Below, piece after piece: positions 22,168 through 34,616 of a stretch of DNA of 64,000 nt. The notes below the pieces were generated by a model. That model was given only the letters and a program-made list of their open reading frames with translations. It searched no databases and was not told the origin of the DNA. The number at the start of each line of letters is the position of its first letter. The first letter of the stretch is position 1. Origin of the DNA: Diplonema japonicum (Eukaryota; Protista; Euglenozoa: Diplonemea); contig OZ025723.1 of NCBI GenBank assembly GCA_964019335.1, positions 62,001-126,000 on the forward strand, written 5' to 3'. The position numbers were made by a program, and so were the translations under genes.

Positions 22168-23448
22168 GGGATATATTTACTCTTTTTTTTTAACAGAGCA
22201 AAATAGAAGAGGACACTGTGGAACTGGGGAAGTTCTTGAAGGCACCAACGGAGAAGATGATGCTCGAGATGAGCGATGCGAACAAGCAGTCTCTGGAAGG
22301 GATCAGGTGCGTGGGAAAAAAAAAAAAAAAAAAAAAACTGACAATAAAAAAAAAAAAAAGGAATGCTATGGAGGGCTTTGGCTCCGACATGTTCGACACG
22401 ATAGTCGAAGAGATCACAGATTACCAGAACAGGTCCGCCTCGAATTCAATTCTAAAAAAAAAAAAAAAAAAACCAACCACAGTACGCCTAAGGACACCAG
22501 AGAGGTGGCACGTGCCTTCAATGAAGAGCTGAAGGGCCAGCTGTCGGCTATGCTGGAGAAGCGTTGGGAGGAGATCTGCAACTTCCAAGTTATGTTAGAG
22601 CTGGACTACATAGGGTAAGATTCACAACATAAACAAAAAACAAAACAAAAAAAAACCCATTCCAACAGCATCTGCAAAGACATCGAGAAGCACCTGCAAC
22701 AGATCCTCAACGACACACGGACGTCTGCAGCCCGGGAGGTGGGGAGACAGCTGGGTGACCACACTGCAAAGCGAGCACAAATGCTGCAAGAATTGGGTTT
22801 CAAACTGGACAGAAAGTTCGAAGCAATCTCACAGGAGGTGTGTGCAAAATCTTTATATAAAAAAAAAAAAAAAAAACAGATCCGAGGTCTCAGCGACACA
22901 TACACCAAGACGAGCATGAACGCAGCACAACGGACAGACAGGTTCCTTGACCAACAGGATGCAAACCCTACACCTGTCAAGCAGCAACATGCTTCCTACT
23001 CTGGGCCCCGACTTGATCCCTCCGACGCTGATTTCTACATGGAGCAGGGGAGGTGGAGCGAGGCAGTTGACGCCATAAACAACAGCGAAAACAGAGATTT
23101 GCTATACCCGAAATTCCGTACCCGATACCAGACTGATGGGGAGATCGAGCAGATTCTGGAAGTTCTTGGGACAGAACAGAGGATTGTTCTTCTCAGAGAT
23201 GTCTTCGTCAATGTGCATTCCTGTGAACAGGCGGTGTCGAAAAGCTGGCTAGTCCGACTGCTTCGAAAGCTCAAAGGTACGGTGAACCCCACCACACATG
23301 GATACCTTGGTGGAATCCTGAGTTTCGGGTTGGAGCAGTTTTCGGCGAATAAGGTTTGGGGAAGAAGAAAAAAAAAAAAAAAAAAAAAAAAAACCAGCTC
23401 ATCGAGGCGTCGTTGAAAAATTTCGGTCAATCTCACAGATTTTTGTAA
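20288..23448 (+). CDS. EDC4: EDC4/Ge-1/Varicose-like decapping scaffold, 943 aa; join(20288..22111,22197..22306,22361..22432,22483..22614,22669..22837,22880..23353,23398..23448)
   Basis: WD40-like N-terminus (WLFYVRRGEVKAIKKETVER..TVMDIAI..FAVIDNHGTFYV), Pro/Ser/Thr linker, helical coiled region, C-terminal domain (YMEQGRWSEAV...SWLVRLL..L....PTT.GYLGGIL) resembling the recalled Ge-1 C-terminus. Six introns give one continuous frame through ORFs 20087, 22218, 22307 and 22739. Confidence 0.65.
22112..22196 (+). other. Spliceosomal intron, 85 nt (GTGTGA-An...Tn-AACAG)
   Basis: Removes in-frame TGA; phase 0. Confidence 0.9.
22307..22360 (+). other. Spliceosomal intron, 54 nt (GTGCGT...An-CTGAC-An-AG), in frame, no stop
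   Basis: Branchpoint-like CTGAC embedded in A-tracts. Confidence 0.85.
22433..22482 (+). other. Spliceosomal intron, 50 nt (GTCCGC...An-CCAACCACAG)
   Basis: Frame-restoring (AG|T = Ser). Confidence 0.85.
22615..22668 (+). other. Spliceosomal intron, 54 nt (GTAAGA...A-rich...CAACAG)
   Basis: Removes in-frame TAA. Confidence 0.9.
22838..22879 (+). other. Spliceosomal intron, 42 nt (GTGTGT...An-CAG), in frame, no stop
   Basis: GT-AG bounded poly-Lys-coding insert. Confidence 0.8.
23354..23397 (+). other. Spliceosomal intron, 44 nt (GTTTGG...An-CCAG)
   Basis: Gives terminal exon LIEASLKNFGQSHRFL* ending 23448. Confidence 0.8.
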
Positions 23449-24125
23449 AAAAATAAAAAAAAATGATAATAATGAATGAGAGGGGGTACTTTTTCTCTTA
23501 GCCTTCCCTCCCCCTCCCCCTTATTAATGCTCCAAAGGGAGGGGGGGGGGGAGAGAGAGAGAGAGAGAGAGAAAAGGACAGTAGGGTCCAAAGGATCTAT
23601 TAAAAAGGGGGAAAGAAAAAGAATTAAAAAGTTAAAACTGGGATTTAAAAAAAAAAAAGATCTCCTTTTAGGTCGCTACTTCCCTCCTTCCCCAAGTTAG
23701 TGTTCTTTTTTTTTCTTTGGCGGGCCGTTGCTAACCACTTCGTTCCTATCATAGTGAATTCTTTTTTTTTATTCATTGTCTTTCAAACTAGGAGAAGAGT
23801 GGAAATACAAAAAGAGGCGAGGCAGAAGGGGAGGGGGAAAAGAAAGAAAAATGAAAATACAGACGGGAAAAAAAAAAGGAAAGAAAAAAAAAAAGAAAAA
23901 AGAAAAAAAAACTATCAAAAAAAAGGGGTGAAACTTATAGGCAAGAATGAAATAAGAAAAAGGAAATGAAACGTGACTCCCATCGACATTTCTTTTTTTT
24001 TTTCCTCCCCCCCTTTTCAGTTCCCTCTTTCAAAAAAAGAAAAAAAAAAAAAGAGTAACTACCGAACGGTAACATTTTTTGTTCTTTTTTTTTAGTGTGC
24101 AATACGACCGGGGGCTTGGGGAGTG

Positions 24126-24156
<31 letters not shown>

Positions 24157-24301
24157 CCAACCTTCCTCTCTTTTTTTTTCCCCCCTTTCCCACCGTTTCC
24201 TTTTTTTTTCAATCAACAACACAAAAGGTTCTTTTATGATATGTCCAAAAAAAAATAATAAAACGACAAAAAAAAAATGCTTGCGAAGTCCATGCAGTTT
24301 C

Positions 24302-24337
<36 letters not shown>

Positions 24338-24442
24338 ACAAGTAGATACACCGATATCGTTAGTAAAAGCTGGCAACAAACTTTAGTTATTCCCTTCGCC
24401 TTTATTTATCCCACAAGAGAAAAAAAAAGGGGGGGGAGGGAA

Positions 24443-24445
24443 ATG

Positions 24446-24477
<32 letters not shown>

Positions 24478-25672
24478 AGAAGAGACATCCGCCCGCAGGG
24501 AACGACGGGACAAGGAGTTCTACAATGGAATCTACAGCTACATGCAGGACCAGCTGGCGTACCTAAAAAGAAAAATCGCAAAAAAAACTTGCGCCGTGCA
24601 GACTGATCTGACAGTGTGCAAGCAAGACATTGATGTAGAATGCTTAGAAGATGTCATAAGGCTGCTGATCGAAGACGCCCACCAGTCAGACGCTGCAGGA
24701 TACCGCTTGGGAAAATGCCTTTTGCGGTCTGAGAAACTAACCACAATTCTGTCAAAAATAAGCGAAAAGGCAGAGAAGCTCCTTAGCTCAACCGGCAGCA
24801 AAAACAAAACTGAAGCAGAGCTGCTAAACACCTCAAACATGCACGAAATGAACATGGAACTAGAAGTAAAACTGAAGGAACAACAAGCCACCCACGAAAC
24901 AGAACTCAACAATCTCAAGGAATCAGCGGAAATAGAAACAACACTACAAATCGATGCGGCTGTAGCCGTTGCAAAAAATGACGGTATTCTAAACCTGAAA
25001 AAAGCAGAGACCGCATGGAAAGCCACCGAGGAAACAATCATCTCCAGCGCAAACAAAGCCGCGTCGATCCATGCAATGGAAAAACTGCAACTAGAACGAA
25101 GCCTCGCCAGCTCAAAAAAGACAGTCGAACAGCTTGAATCCGACAAAGAGGAACTCCTTTCAACCCTGAAGGCCAAGACAGAACTCATCGCATCGCTTAA
25201 ACAGATGTCTTTAGAACACGATCTCATAGAAAAGGAACGGGGTGTGGAAGCTGCCGCAAGAATATCCACTGCTGCTATGGAGCTTTCAAACCTGGTTGCT
25301 CAGCAACACCAGCAAACTGCGAAGTCGGAAGCGGCCTCGGCGGCTTTGGTCAAACGCCTCAAATCTACCTTTGAGCAACGGCAGGGTGATCTGGAAGCTG
25401 CCTTTATAGACGTTCATAGTAAGTTGTCCTGTCTGCAGGAGGAGCATCGTACGCTTCTCAAGCTTCACGCGGCGACGTGCTCTGACCTCACGAGAACCCT
25501 CTGCCGCCCTCCTGTTGTTCCAACTACTGCGTCTTCCGACAGAAAGTTCAATAAAAAGGTGCAAAACCCCGCGCCACGAGCCGTCATCTTCCCCCCGTCC
25601 CGCCCTCACCTCAGCCCCGCGGTTACCTACCGTCCTTACGCCCCTCAACTACCGCGAACGGCACACCGGTGA
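24443..25672 (+). CDS. Coiled-coil hypothetical protein with Pro-rich tail, 409 aa
   Basis: Long ORF between homopolymer spacers; heptad-rich. Confidence 0.8.
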
Positions 25673-25788
25673 CGACTTCCCCCTTTTTCAAGGTGGTCTT
25701 CGGTGGGGTTTTTTTTTTTTTTTTGTATTATTATTATTTATGGCACATTCTGGGGGGTAGGGAGAAAAAGAAAGACAAGGAAAGAGAG

Positions 25789-27078
25789 ATGACAAAGAGG
25801 AAGCATGAAGAAGAGGAAACCGACGAGCTCAGCGGGTTCAGCTCGATCGTAGTCGAGACAGGTGCATGGAAGGCCTCGTTTGGATACTCAGGCATGCACG
25901 ACCCGGAGTACGTGGTCCCGAGCTGCTACGTAGAAGGGGAAAAGGGGAAGGAGTACGGCATGAGGGGTCTGGCGCTCCCGAGAGAAGGTGAGGTGGGCGA
26001 GGGCTGGGACGCGGAGGGGCTGGCACGGGTGGTTTTGTCAATGGGGGATGCAATGCCGGTGGTCCTTGTCGACCCACCAGACATAACACAAGATGTTAGA
26101 AAGGAGCGCATGGAGACCTTCATCGAAACGCACGGCATACCCGCAGTGGGCCTTGTCCTTGACGCATGCTGTGTACCCTACGCGTGTGGCGTGGACCGAG
26201 GCATCGTCATGGACATAGGCCACACAGGAACACGGTTCACAACAGTTGTCGATGGTTACGTTTTAACCAAACCATCTACCCGATCAGAGTTCGGGGCTGC
26301 AGCGTGTTGCAAGAACTGGGAAGGCATTGTTCTCGAGAAGATGGGCCGGCCCTTACTGACAGAGGTCGAGTACCTTAAAAAAAGCGTGAACGGGGAACCA
26401 AAACGCTTCACAAGCCCTTCCGAACTTTCGCTTGCCCAAGAAGCAACCCACCTGAACCGCACGTTGGCCATGCATTCCAGCTACAGAGACATCCTGAGAA
26501 AGCGTGCGTTTCACAAGATAATGGAATCGCTCGCGGTGTCTAATGAGGAAGAAAGCGAATCTGTTTGGGAGCTTCCGGACATGTCATCGATAACGCTAAC
26601 GGGGAAGGAGCGAAAGGCGTTGGGAGATGTGTACTTCCAGGGGAAGAAGAATGTTGTGACCGGGGAAATGCCTCGCGGTGTCGGGGTGTGCAAGCTTGAG
26701 GAAACAGGGCATTTCCACCCAGAGTACTCCTTCCAGAGCCTCATTCAGAAATGCATTTACACGGTGGAGCCTGCGCTCCGGCCTCGTCTCGCTGACAACG
26801 TTCTCCTCAAAGGAGGCGGTACCCGCCAACCCGGCTTTCACGACCGCCTTCAGTCAGAGCTGTCCAAAATATTTTCTGTCTACGTCAAGCCCAACGTTTC
26901 CTCCTTCCGTCACTGCGGGTCGAAGGATGCACCCGATGTCATAAGCTGGACAGGCGCATCTATTATTTCATCCATGACGTCGTACATCCCAAACTTCATC
27001 AGCAAGCAGCAGTGGGAAGAAGAGGGCCCCAACGTCATCGCAACACGGCTACCTTTTGCACCCGGAGCCGGGAAGTGA
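25789..27078 (+). CDS. Actin-related protein (divergent, possibly nuclear ARP4-like), 429 aa
   Basis: Actin-fold motifs IVVETGAWKASFGYSG..P..VVPS, GIVMDIGHTGT...VVDGY, WELPD, NVLLKGGGT..PGF.DRL..EL, SWTGASIISS...ISKQQWEEEG. Confidence 0.85.
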   Translation: MTKRKHEEEETDELSGFSSIVVETGAWKASFGYSGMHDPEYVVPSCYVEGEKGKEYGMRGLALPREGEVGEGWDAEGLARVVLSMGDAMPVVLVDPPDITQDVRKERMETFIETHGIPAVGLVLDACCVPYACGVDRGIVMDIGHTGTRFTTVVDGYVLTKPSTRSEFGAAACCKNWEGIVLEKMGRPLLTEVEYLKKSVNGEPKRFTSPSELSLAQEATHLNRTLAMHSSYRDILRKRAFHKIMESLAVSNEEESESVWELPDMSSITLTGKERKALGDVYFQGKKNVVTGEMPRGVGVCKLEETGHFHPEYSFQSLIQKCIYTVEPALRPRLADNVLLKGGGTRQPGFHDRLQSELSKIFSVYVKPNVSSFRHCGSKDAPDVISWTGASIISSMTSYIPNFISKQQWEEEGPNVIATRLPFAPGAGK

Positions 27079-27215
27079 CACTGCTCTCCCTTTTTTTCTA
27101 CATACACCTGTGTTCCTTAACAATGAGATGTGTAGAGGTGAAAGTTTCTGAATTTTCTTTTTTTTTTTTTGTTGTTGCTTGAACAAGAAATAATTTAAAA
27201 AAAAAAAAACCAATA

Positions 27216-28249
27216 TGAGCTCGTCCGGAAAAAAATGTCAACAAATGACCCTCCTATGCGGCGGAAAACCCCCGTTAAATTTCTAAGTAAAAAAGTAGTC
27301 CGACACCACTTTGTGTGCAGAAATGCAGTCTAAGCTTGATCACCATATAGGTCAAAATGCTCGCCGTTTGTTTTATTTTTAAAACGCACGTGCAAAAACA
27401 TGTTTTTTAGAATGGTTTTTGGCAAACGATTCAATTTGGGAGTTACAAATAACCCAGACTCCATTTTTTTATTTTCGTTTTTCCGTGAAAAGTGACAGGA
27501 GGAATGGACGCAGACTGAAAATCTGTGAAACCTTTGGGGTCATTTTGGGTGGGCTGGACTCTAAATCACTATTAAAATGGGGTGGGGAGAACTTACCCTT
27601 ACAGTGCCATTTTGGCCTATTTAAGGCTAAAAATCCCTTTAAAACCCCTTAAAAAAGCAAAATTTTCACTTTTAAAGTATTATGAGTGCAAAAGAAAAGG
27701 AAAACCATCAGCAGATGGGTTGAGAATGAAAGTTTGACCCCAAAGATACCAATGTCGAAGCTCTGCATGAGCAGGCAAGTGTTAAGAATTGGTTTTTCTG
27801 AAAAAGGCCAAAATCCCTTAGGAACCCCTTGAAAAAGCCAAAAAATAGGGTGTAAAAAACCGGATTTTCGGGGGCTATGCGGCGCCATATATTTTTCGCT
27901 AAGTACTTTTAACAGTAACCCGACCCTGGGCTGTACCCAGGGGTCACAAGTGCGCTTGATCACCAATTTTATGCACCCTAGATGCTGCATTTTAAGCAAT
28001 AAAATTGCATTTTAAACATTTTTCGCCGTTTTTCTGACCTCTATTTTTCGCTTCCCGGGGGCAGCCGGTTGCAAAGCCTGCCACCCTCATGGCAAAACAA
28101 GCATCGCAATTGAAAGAGCGGCGTCATGTACACCATATATGTCATCTTCCTATGGTTGCATGTTGCCCTTTTTTTGCTCAAATAATCAAAACAAGAAATT
28201 TTCGGAGGTGCCCAAAAAAAGTGTTGACATTTTCGTCCGGACGAGCTCA
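27216..28249. mobile_element. Non-autonomous TIR DNA transposon (MITE-like, Tc1/mariner-type TA target duplication), 1034 bp
   Basis: 28-bp TIRs with 2 mismatches: 27216 TGAGCTCGTCCGGAAAAAAATGTCAACA / TGTTGACATTTTCGTCCGGACGAGCTCA 28249; TA at 27214-27215 and 28250-28251; no transposase ORF; interior lacks the long homopolymers of other spacers. Confidence 0.85.
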
Positions 28250-28312
28250 TATATTGATGATGACAGAGCATTGTTGGGCTTGTCCGACTCTTTATACTTC
28301 CCCCCCTCCCCC

Positions 28313-28345
<33 letters not shown>
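28313..28345. repeat. (AAT)11 microsatellite
   Basis: Read directly from sequence. Confidence 0.9.
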
Positions 28346-28349
<4 letters not shown>

Positions 28350-28381
28350 CTCGAAGGAGGGGTGGGGAAAGGGAGAGAACC

Positions 28382-31300
28382 ATGCAACGCACCCCCCCAC
28401 CAAGCCCAGGAGCGGCGGGGGATACTAGTATATTAACCTCGGTTACATCGGTGACGGGAGATGGCAGGTATCAAGACATCCACGGGTTCAGGACGAGGTA
28501 CATGACGAAGGAACTGCTGGAAAAGTGCTGTGGAGAGGAGGAGCTGGGGGAGGCTGTGAGTCTTGAGATCAAGTTGCCCCCAAAGGAGAAGGTGAAACGG
28601 ATCGAAAATTTGGATCTGGTGCCGAATCTGCAAACCTTGAAAATACCGAACCAGAGGGTGACAAAGATAGAAAACATCGCGCACCTGTCTGACCTAAGAG
28701 TGCTGAGCCTTAGAGGCAACCAAATCGAGAAACTCGACCTCCCTGTATTCAAATTCCTCACCGTTTTAGACGTCTCGAAAAATCTACTAGAAGACATCCC
28801 GTTGAACCTCGGCAGGCAATGCCCGCTCCTGAAGGAAGCCTCCTTCAAGGATTGCCAAATAAAAGCTCTGTCAAAGATACAGTCTATCCGACAATGTAGA
28901 AACCTGGAAATCCTCAATTTGAAAGGAAACCCAGTCACCGACGCAGCACACTACCGATCCTATGTAGTGTGGGCAACACCGACGGTCATAAAACTAGATG
29001 ACATGGCAGTAGACATGGCAGAACGGGAAGAAGCTGCAGTTAGGTGGCAACGAGAGGAACTCACATCGCGTGATCACAACATCAAGAGCCTTAAAGACCA
29101 GCTTGTTAAAGCGTCCACCGACCAAGATAATCTCGAAGGCAGGTTGTCTTCGCAATCCACCGCACTGGAGGTGACGAAGGCGACCATTTTTTCCCGCGAC
29201 AAGGAGCTTGTGAAACTCGAAGCTGAGAAAGAAACCATCCACACTCTCTCTGAAAAACGTGCAGACGAGCTCAACTCCATCCTCATCGAACTGATTCTCG
29301 TCAAGGGCGTCCTCGGCGAGCTCCTTCTAGAGCTAGACACACTCGACTACGATTACGCCATAAACGATTCCCTCAAAGACGTTATGATGAAGGCCGCCTC
29401 AGCCACCAGCAACCGTACCACACAGAGAGTCACCACCTCGTCTGAGCTCACTCAAAAGGTCATCGATTTGGAAGACACATTCAACCAAAAGATGACGTCT
29501 CAAGTCGCACTCAAAGAACAAGCACAGAAGGCGTCCACTCTGGAAGCGCAGGTTGCCTCTCTTCAAACCCAGCTTGAGGCAGCCCAGACGCAGCCCACCC
29601 TCGTCATCACCCCCGACCACTCCAACGGCCTCCATACCGCGAACCGAGTGCAGCATCTTGAAGACACCCTCGAGTCTGAACGGACGAGAATTGTAGCTCT
29701 CTCCCAAGACCTTGAAGTGCTTCGCAAAGACAAGCTGCAGCATGTCATCACTCACCAGCAGCTCGAGGAGGAAAGGGTCAAAGTTGTTGCCCTGCAGCGC
29801 CAGATTGAAACCGCAAACACAAGCAACGAGACTGCGGAGATCCTTGCCCTTGAACGGGAAGTGCGATCCCTGAGGGAGCAGGTCATAGAGGCCGAGAACA
29901 CCATCGAGCAACTGAACGAGGAAGTGAAGGCAAAGGACAGTGGCATGGACGAGGATACCATGCAGAAGGTAATGAGGATGGAGGAAGAGAACGACGAGCT
30001 AAGGGAGCATTACGGTGGGGCGTTGGCAAGACTAGAGGCGACGGAGATCCTGAGAGAGCAGGCAGAAAAGAAGGCGTCAGAGGCCGTTCAAATCGAAGGT
30101 GAAGTTGCCCTCTCAAACGACCAGCTGGAGACGGGGAATAAAAAGCTGCGAGCTCTGTTGGAGGCAGCTGAACAGAGGGCCCGCTCGCTTGAGGCGGATA
30201 TCGCTGCCCTCACCAACGACAAGCGTGTGCACATCGTCACACAGCAGCAGCTCTCAGAAGCACTCAGCAAAGCCACCTCACTAGAAACTGTCATTGCTGA
30301 AAAGGACTCTTACATCACCTCGCTCAAGAGCGAGGTCAAGGTCCTTGAGACCGCCAACTACGACATCCTCAACGACAGCGGCTTCATCCGTCCGAACACC
30401 GGACATGACATGAAAGATCTGGAGGGCACAGTTAACACCTTGAAGGGAGACTTAAGCAGTGCTCAAAAGGACTCTCTGAAGCAAACACAAACAATCGAAG
30501 CTCTGCAGGAGAAAGTGCGCACGCTGCAAGAGCACTCTGTCGACAGGCAGCTGGACTGGCACGACGACTCGATCAACGGCGAAAAGGATGCACTGGAAAA
30601 CGAGGTCAGGGAGCTTACTGCCAAAGTCAAGTCGCTGCAGCAGGAGCTGCATGACCTGCGTGAGGCAGCCCGGCAGCATGACAGGACGGTGGCGGATTTA
30701 AAAAACCTTGACGAAAAATACCGCAAGGCTGGTGCTGAGCGTGAAGTGCGCGAAGCAGAGAAAGACGACACAATTGAAAAGCTGAGAAAGACCATTTTAG
30801 ACCTGCAGAATGGGAAGTCGGACGCAGCACGCAACATGAATGACTGCATTAGGCAGATCGACGGCAACAACGAAACCATCATGTGCCTGGAGGAAGAGCT
30901 GGAAACAGCGAACCAAAAGTTCACAGACCTGCAGGCCCAAGGACGTGTGGACCTCGCAGAGCTCATGAAAAAGCTGGAGGCCCTCCAAGCTGATCTGGAT
31001 AAGGTCAGTTCGGAGAACAGCGAAAATAAAAAGGCAAAAGAAAAGCTTGAGGCAGAGACCGGAAGGCTACGCCGAGGCAGCAGCGGTGCTCTGGCCGATG
31101 ATTCGGACGACATGATGACAACGTCGAGGCAGGGCTCGTACTACTTCAAGAACAGCAGGGCGTCTATCGAAGCGAAGACTCACACACACTCGAGACTGTC
31201 AGAAGCTACGGGGAAAGTGGAAACCTTGGAGACCGTGATAGAGCAGAAAGACATAATAATCTCAACGCTGCAGAGCGAGCTGAGGGAGCTGGAGGCTGTG

Positions 31301-34300
31301 AAGGACCAGGGTGCAGGGCAGGAGCTAGCACTAAAGTTTGAGGAGACCCGACAGGTAGTAGAGGAGAGGGAGGAGACAATACGCAAACTGCGGGCTGATG
31401 TGGAGGAACTGAGCACGAGATGCAAAAAGACTGCGACTGTGGAGGATAGGGCTCGACACCTAGAGGACCAGCTGGTCATCCAAGCGGACGTCGTTGAAAA
31501 CGCCAACCAGCGCACCCTCGAGGCTGAGACGCTGCTTGCAGAAGTGCAAGCGAGATCAGCAGCAGAAGTGTCCGACCTCAAGAGGCATGTCATACAGCTG
31601 ACCGCTGGAAGCAACGGAGCCAACGTGCCCGAACTGAAGGAGGAGATCAGGAGGCTAACACGCACCAACGATGACCTCTTGGGCGATGAGAACGCCACCA
31701 TCCAGGAACTGCGTGAGCAGACAGACACACTCATCAGGGCGAAGGTGGAAGCAGAGAAGCAAAAAGAACTTGCAAGCCTCGAAGCAAAAGCAATTATCGC
31801 GGAAGCGCAAAAGCAAGCGGCTATTGAGTCATCGCACCATAAGCGGCAACTACGTGAACTGCAACACAAGCTGGACAACAGCGCAAGCGACACGTTGGAG
31901 CTGTCACACACAACAAACATTGTCAAACACACACAATCGCAAGCCACGCAAACAGACACCGAGTACCAGGTGCGGACCCTGCAGCATGACATCGATGAGC
32001 TCAAGCAGCAGCTGAAGGAAGAGAAGCAGCGGCAGCTAATCAGCAGCAACACTTCTGTGGCGTACGAGGCAAATTTGAAGTCCACAGAAGAGGAGGTGGA
32101 ACATCTTACCAAGGTCAACAAGGTTGCCAAAGAAGAGATAAGACTCTTGAAAGACGGCAACACGACTCTGCGGAAGCAGCTCAACACCTTCAGGATGAAC
32201 GTCGAACCCAAAGATGAAGTGGCGGTGTTGCGGGAGGAGCTACGCATCGCGAAGGCACTGAACTCAGAGCTGTTGACGAGCAACGAGTCGCATGAGCTGC
32301 TGAAGCAGCTGAATGAATCCGAGAAAGGCCGGATGGAGGCAGAAGCACGGGAGACACGCTACGCAAGGCAACTGAGGGAACTGTACGATGCCAAAGACAG
32401 AGAAGTGGTGTGCGTGGACAGCGAGAATCGAGAAACGCGTAATGTGCTAGCTGAGGTGGATGCCTCTAATCTCCGAACAAAGCTTGACAAGGCAGCAGCA
32501 GCGCTTGCCAACAGCAATGCAAAGAACGCAGAGCTGCACGATGCTGCCACACGCGCCACTGCAGCAGAGGTAGAGATGAGCAGGCTTAACGATCTGGTGG
32601 CGTCTTTGGAGATTGAGAAAGCCAGCATGGTCGGCGAGCTGCAACACTACAAGCAGCAGGCAAGCCGCCTTGCAGATATGACTGCTACATGCAGCCAGTT
32701 GAAGGCGGAGGTGGGCCAGTTGACCTCGGACAAGAAAATCCTCGAACAGAGGTACGCAGCCCTGTGCCAAGAACTCGAAGCGCTGCGGGGCAAGACAAAG
32801 GCTTCAGGCAGCACTGTGACGCAGCTCAACGCAAAGCTTGTCGCGTCTGAAGACGAAGTGAAGGCTTTGACGCAACTTAAGCAGAATCTCGAGACAGAAA
32901 TGATGGGCTTGAAACGCGGTCTGGAGATGGCAGAGGTGAACATCAAGGCAAAGCGGCAGCAGTACGAAGAGGAGCAGAGGCGGGCAGACGCGGCACTCGA
33001 CAACCTGCATGCCGTGCAGATGAACGAGAGACACGACACCGAAGCTCTCAACAGCAAGATGCGAGAGATAGAGACGGAAAAGACGAACTTGAAGTATGCC
33101 AACATGTCGCTTGAGCAACAGCTAGTGACACTGAGGCGGTCGACGGAACTTGAGATCAAAGAGCTCAGAAGCAAAGTGTCGCAAACACTAGAAGCGGGGA
33201 ACAAGAAGCTGATGGACAACGCGGCGCAGCTACGAGAAGAGAACAGACAACTGCTCTTCGAGAAGACCGAGATCGAGAACCGGTACAAGGCAGAACAGAT
33301 GCGGAACAGCCTCAACGCCGCAGAAGGAGATAGGGCGAAGCTGTTGGAATCAAAACTGGAACAAGCAGAACAGGAGAAAGAAGCCGCGGAGAAGGATCTG
33401 GTAGAAATAGAGAGGCTGAAACAGCAGGTGAAGCACCTTCAAGCTGCCAACGATGCTTACCACAAAGAGGCAGGAGCAAGGATCCAAGAATTAGAGGCGG
33501 AGAAGGCCAACGAGAGCGACACCGCTGCGGTGAAGCGGGTCGAGCGGACTAACGCACTGCAAGTGAAGCTGACTGCAGCAGAACGAGAGGTCGAGAAGCT
33601 GCAAACAGAGCTTATCCAGAAGAAAATAGAATACCAATACTCCACAAAGGTCAGCAGCAACACAGAGACAAGAGCGCTCAGGGAGAGGCTCGACACCGTG
33701 CTAGCCGAGCTCAGCGAGGCAAAGACAGCCCACGAAGCAGCGAGCCTGAGATCCGCGGAAGAAAAAGAATGGTTGGTTCGAGAGGTGAAGGAGCTGCAAG
33801 AGAAGATAACTACGGTATCAAAAAAACAAAACAAAAACAAAAAAAAGAAATCCATAAAGGTACAACAACACACCCCGCTACCACCCTCTGTGACTGCGTA
33901 CACCACGAACAAGAAAGAGGAGGAGGTACAGGTTCACAGGATAAGAGAAGTACAGGCACCATCTGTCCCTAGTTTGCATCACCCTGATGTTCACTACAGA
34001 GCGAGAGTTTCCCCTACAAGGAAAGCCCAAGCACCTTATGTGGGCAGTCCTTTGGGCGATTACCCTAGGCTCTTTAATGTCTATCACGCGGTATGTCTGC
34101 AAGCGCTGCAACACAACACTGTCACAGGAGGATCACTTAAATATCGATGTTCTGCAGAACCGGCCCCATCCCATGGACCTTATGAGGCAGTCGAAAGCTA
34201 CTTCTCGTTCGTCTTCGGTGAAGCTTCCGTCCAGGTCATGCGAGGTTACCCCTTTGCAGCATCCTCCAAAGCTGCAGAACACTCTGGTGAGCACCCCCAG

Positions 34301-34403
34301 TGACGACACAGTGGTGGTCCCCAGAAAGTACTTAGAATCTGTGTACCACAACACAAACCTTTCGAGGAGGTATTGGCAGCAGAAAATCAAAGACAAGGAT
34401 TGA
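28382..34403 (+). CDS. Centriolin/CEP110-like LRR plus long coiled-coil protein, 1979 aa; join(28382..33814,33860..34090,34128..34403)
   Basis: N-terminal SDS22-type LRRs (KRIENLD.VPNL..L...NQ.VTKIENI, LNLKGNPV...HYR) then more than 1500 aa of coiled coil; second intron switches into ORF-33987 frame, ending at TGA 34403 where the spacer begins. Confidence 0.75.
33815..33859 (+). other. Spliceosomal intron, 45 nt (GTATCA...A-rich...AAAG), in frame, no stop
   Basis: GT-AG bounded poly-Lys-coding insert. Confidence 0.75.
34091..34127 (+). other. Spliceosomal intron, 37 nt (GTATGT...GTCACAG), no homopolymer
   Basis: Phase-0 switch that extends the CDS to 34403. Confidence 0.7.
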
Positions 34404-34544
34404 GGAGGGAAAGAAATAGAAGGGAAGAAGAAAAGAAAAGAGTTTCTTGGCTCTGTTTTAGTTTGCTCCCTGAAACCACCCCCCCCCTCCCCCCCATTTA
34501 GAATATTTTAGAAGAAAAAAAAAAACAAGTACAGAATTGTGGGT

Positions 34545-34584
34545 ATTTTTTTTCTTTTCTTTCGCTTTTTTTTTTTTTATCCAG
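34545..34584 (+). promoter_or_regulatory. Putative SL trans-splice acceptor (polypyrimidine tract + CCAG)
   Basis: T-rich tract ending in AG at 34583-34584, 32 nt upstream of ATG 34617. Confidence 0.5.
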
Positions 34585-34616
34585 TGACACAGGAGGAGAG
34601 GGGGGAAAAAAAACTA

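Noticed and set aside
27419-27999. Short ORFs inside the TIR element as transposase remnants
   Set aside because: No HTH or DDE/D motifs recognisable.
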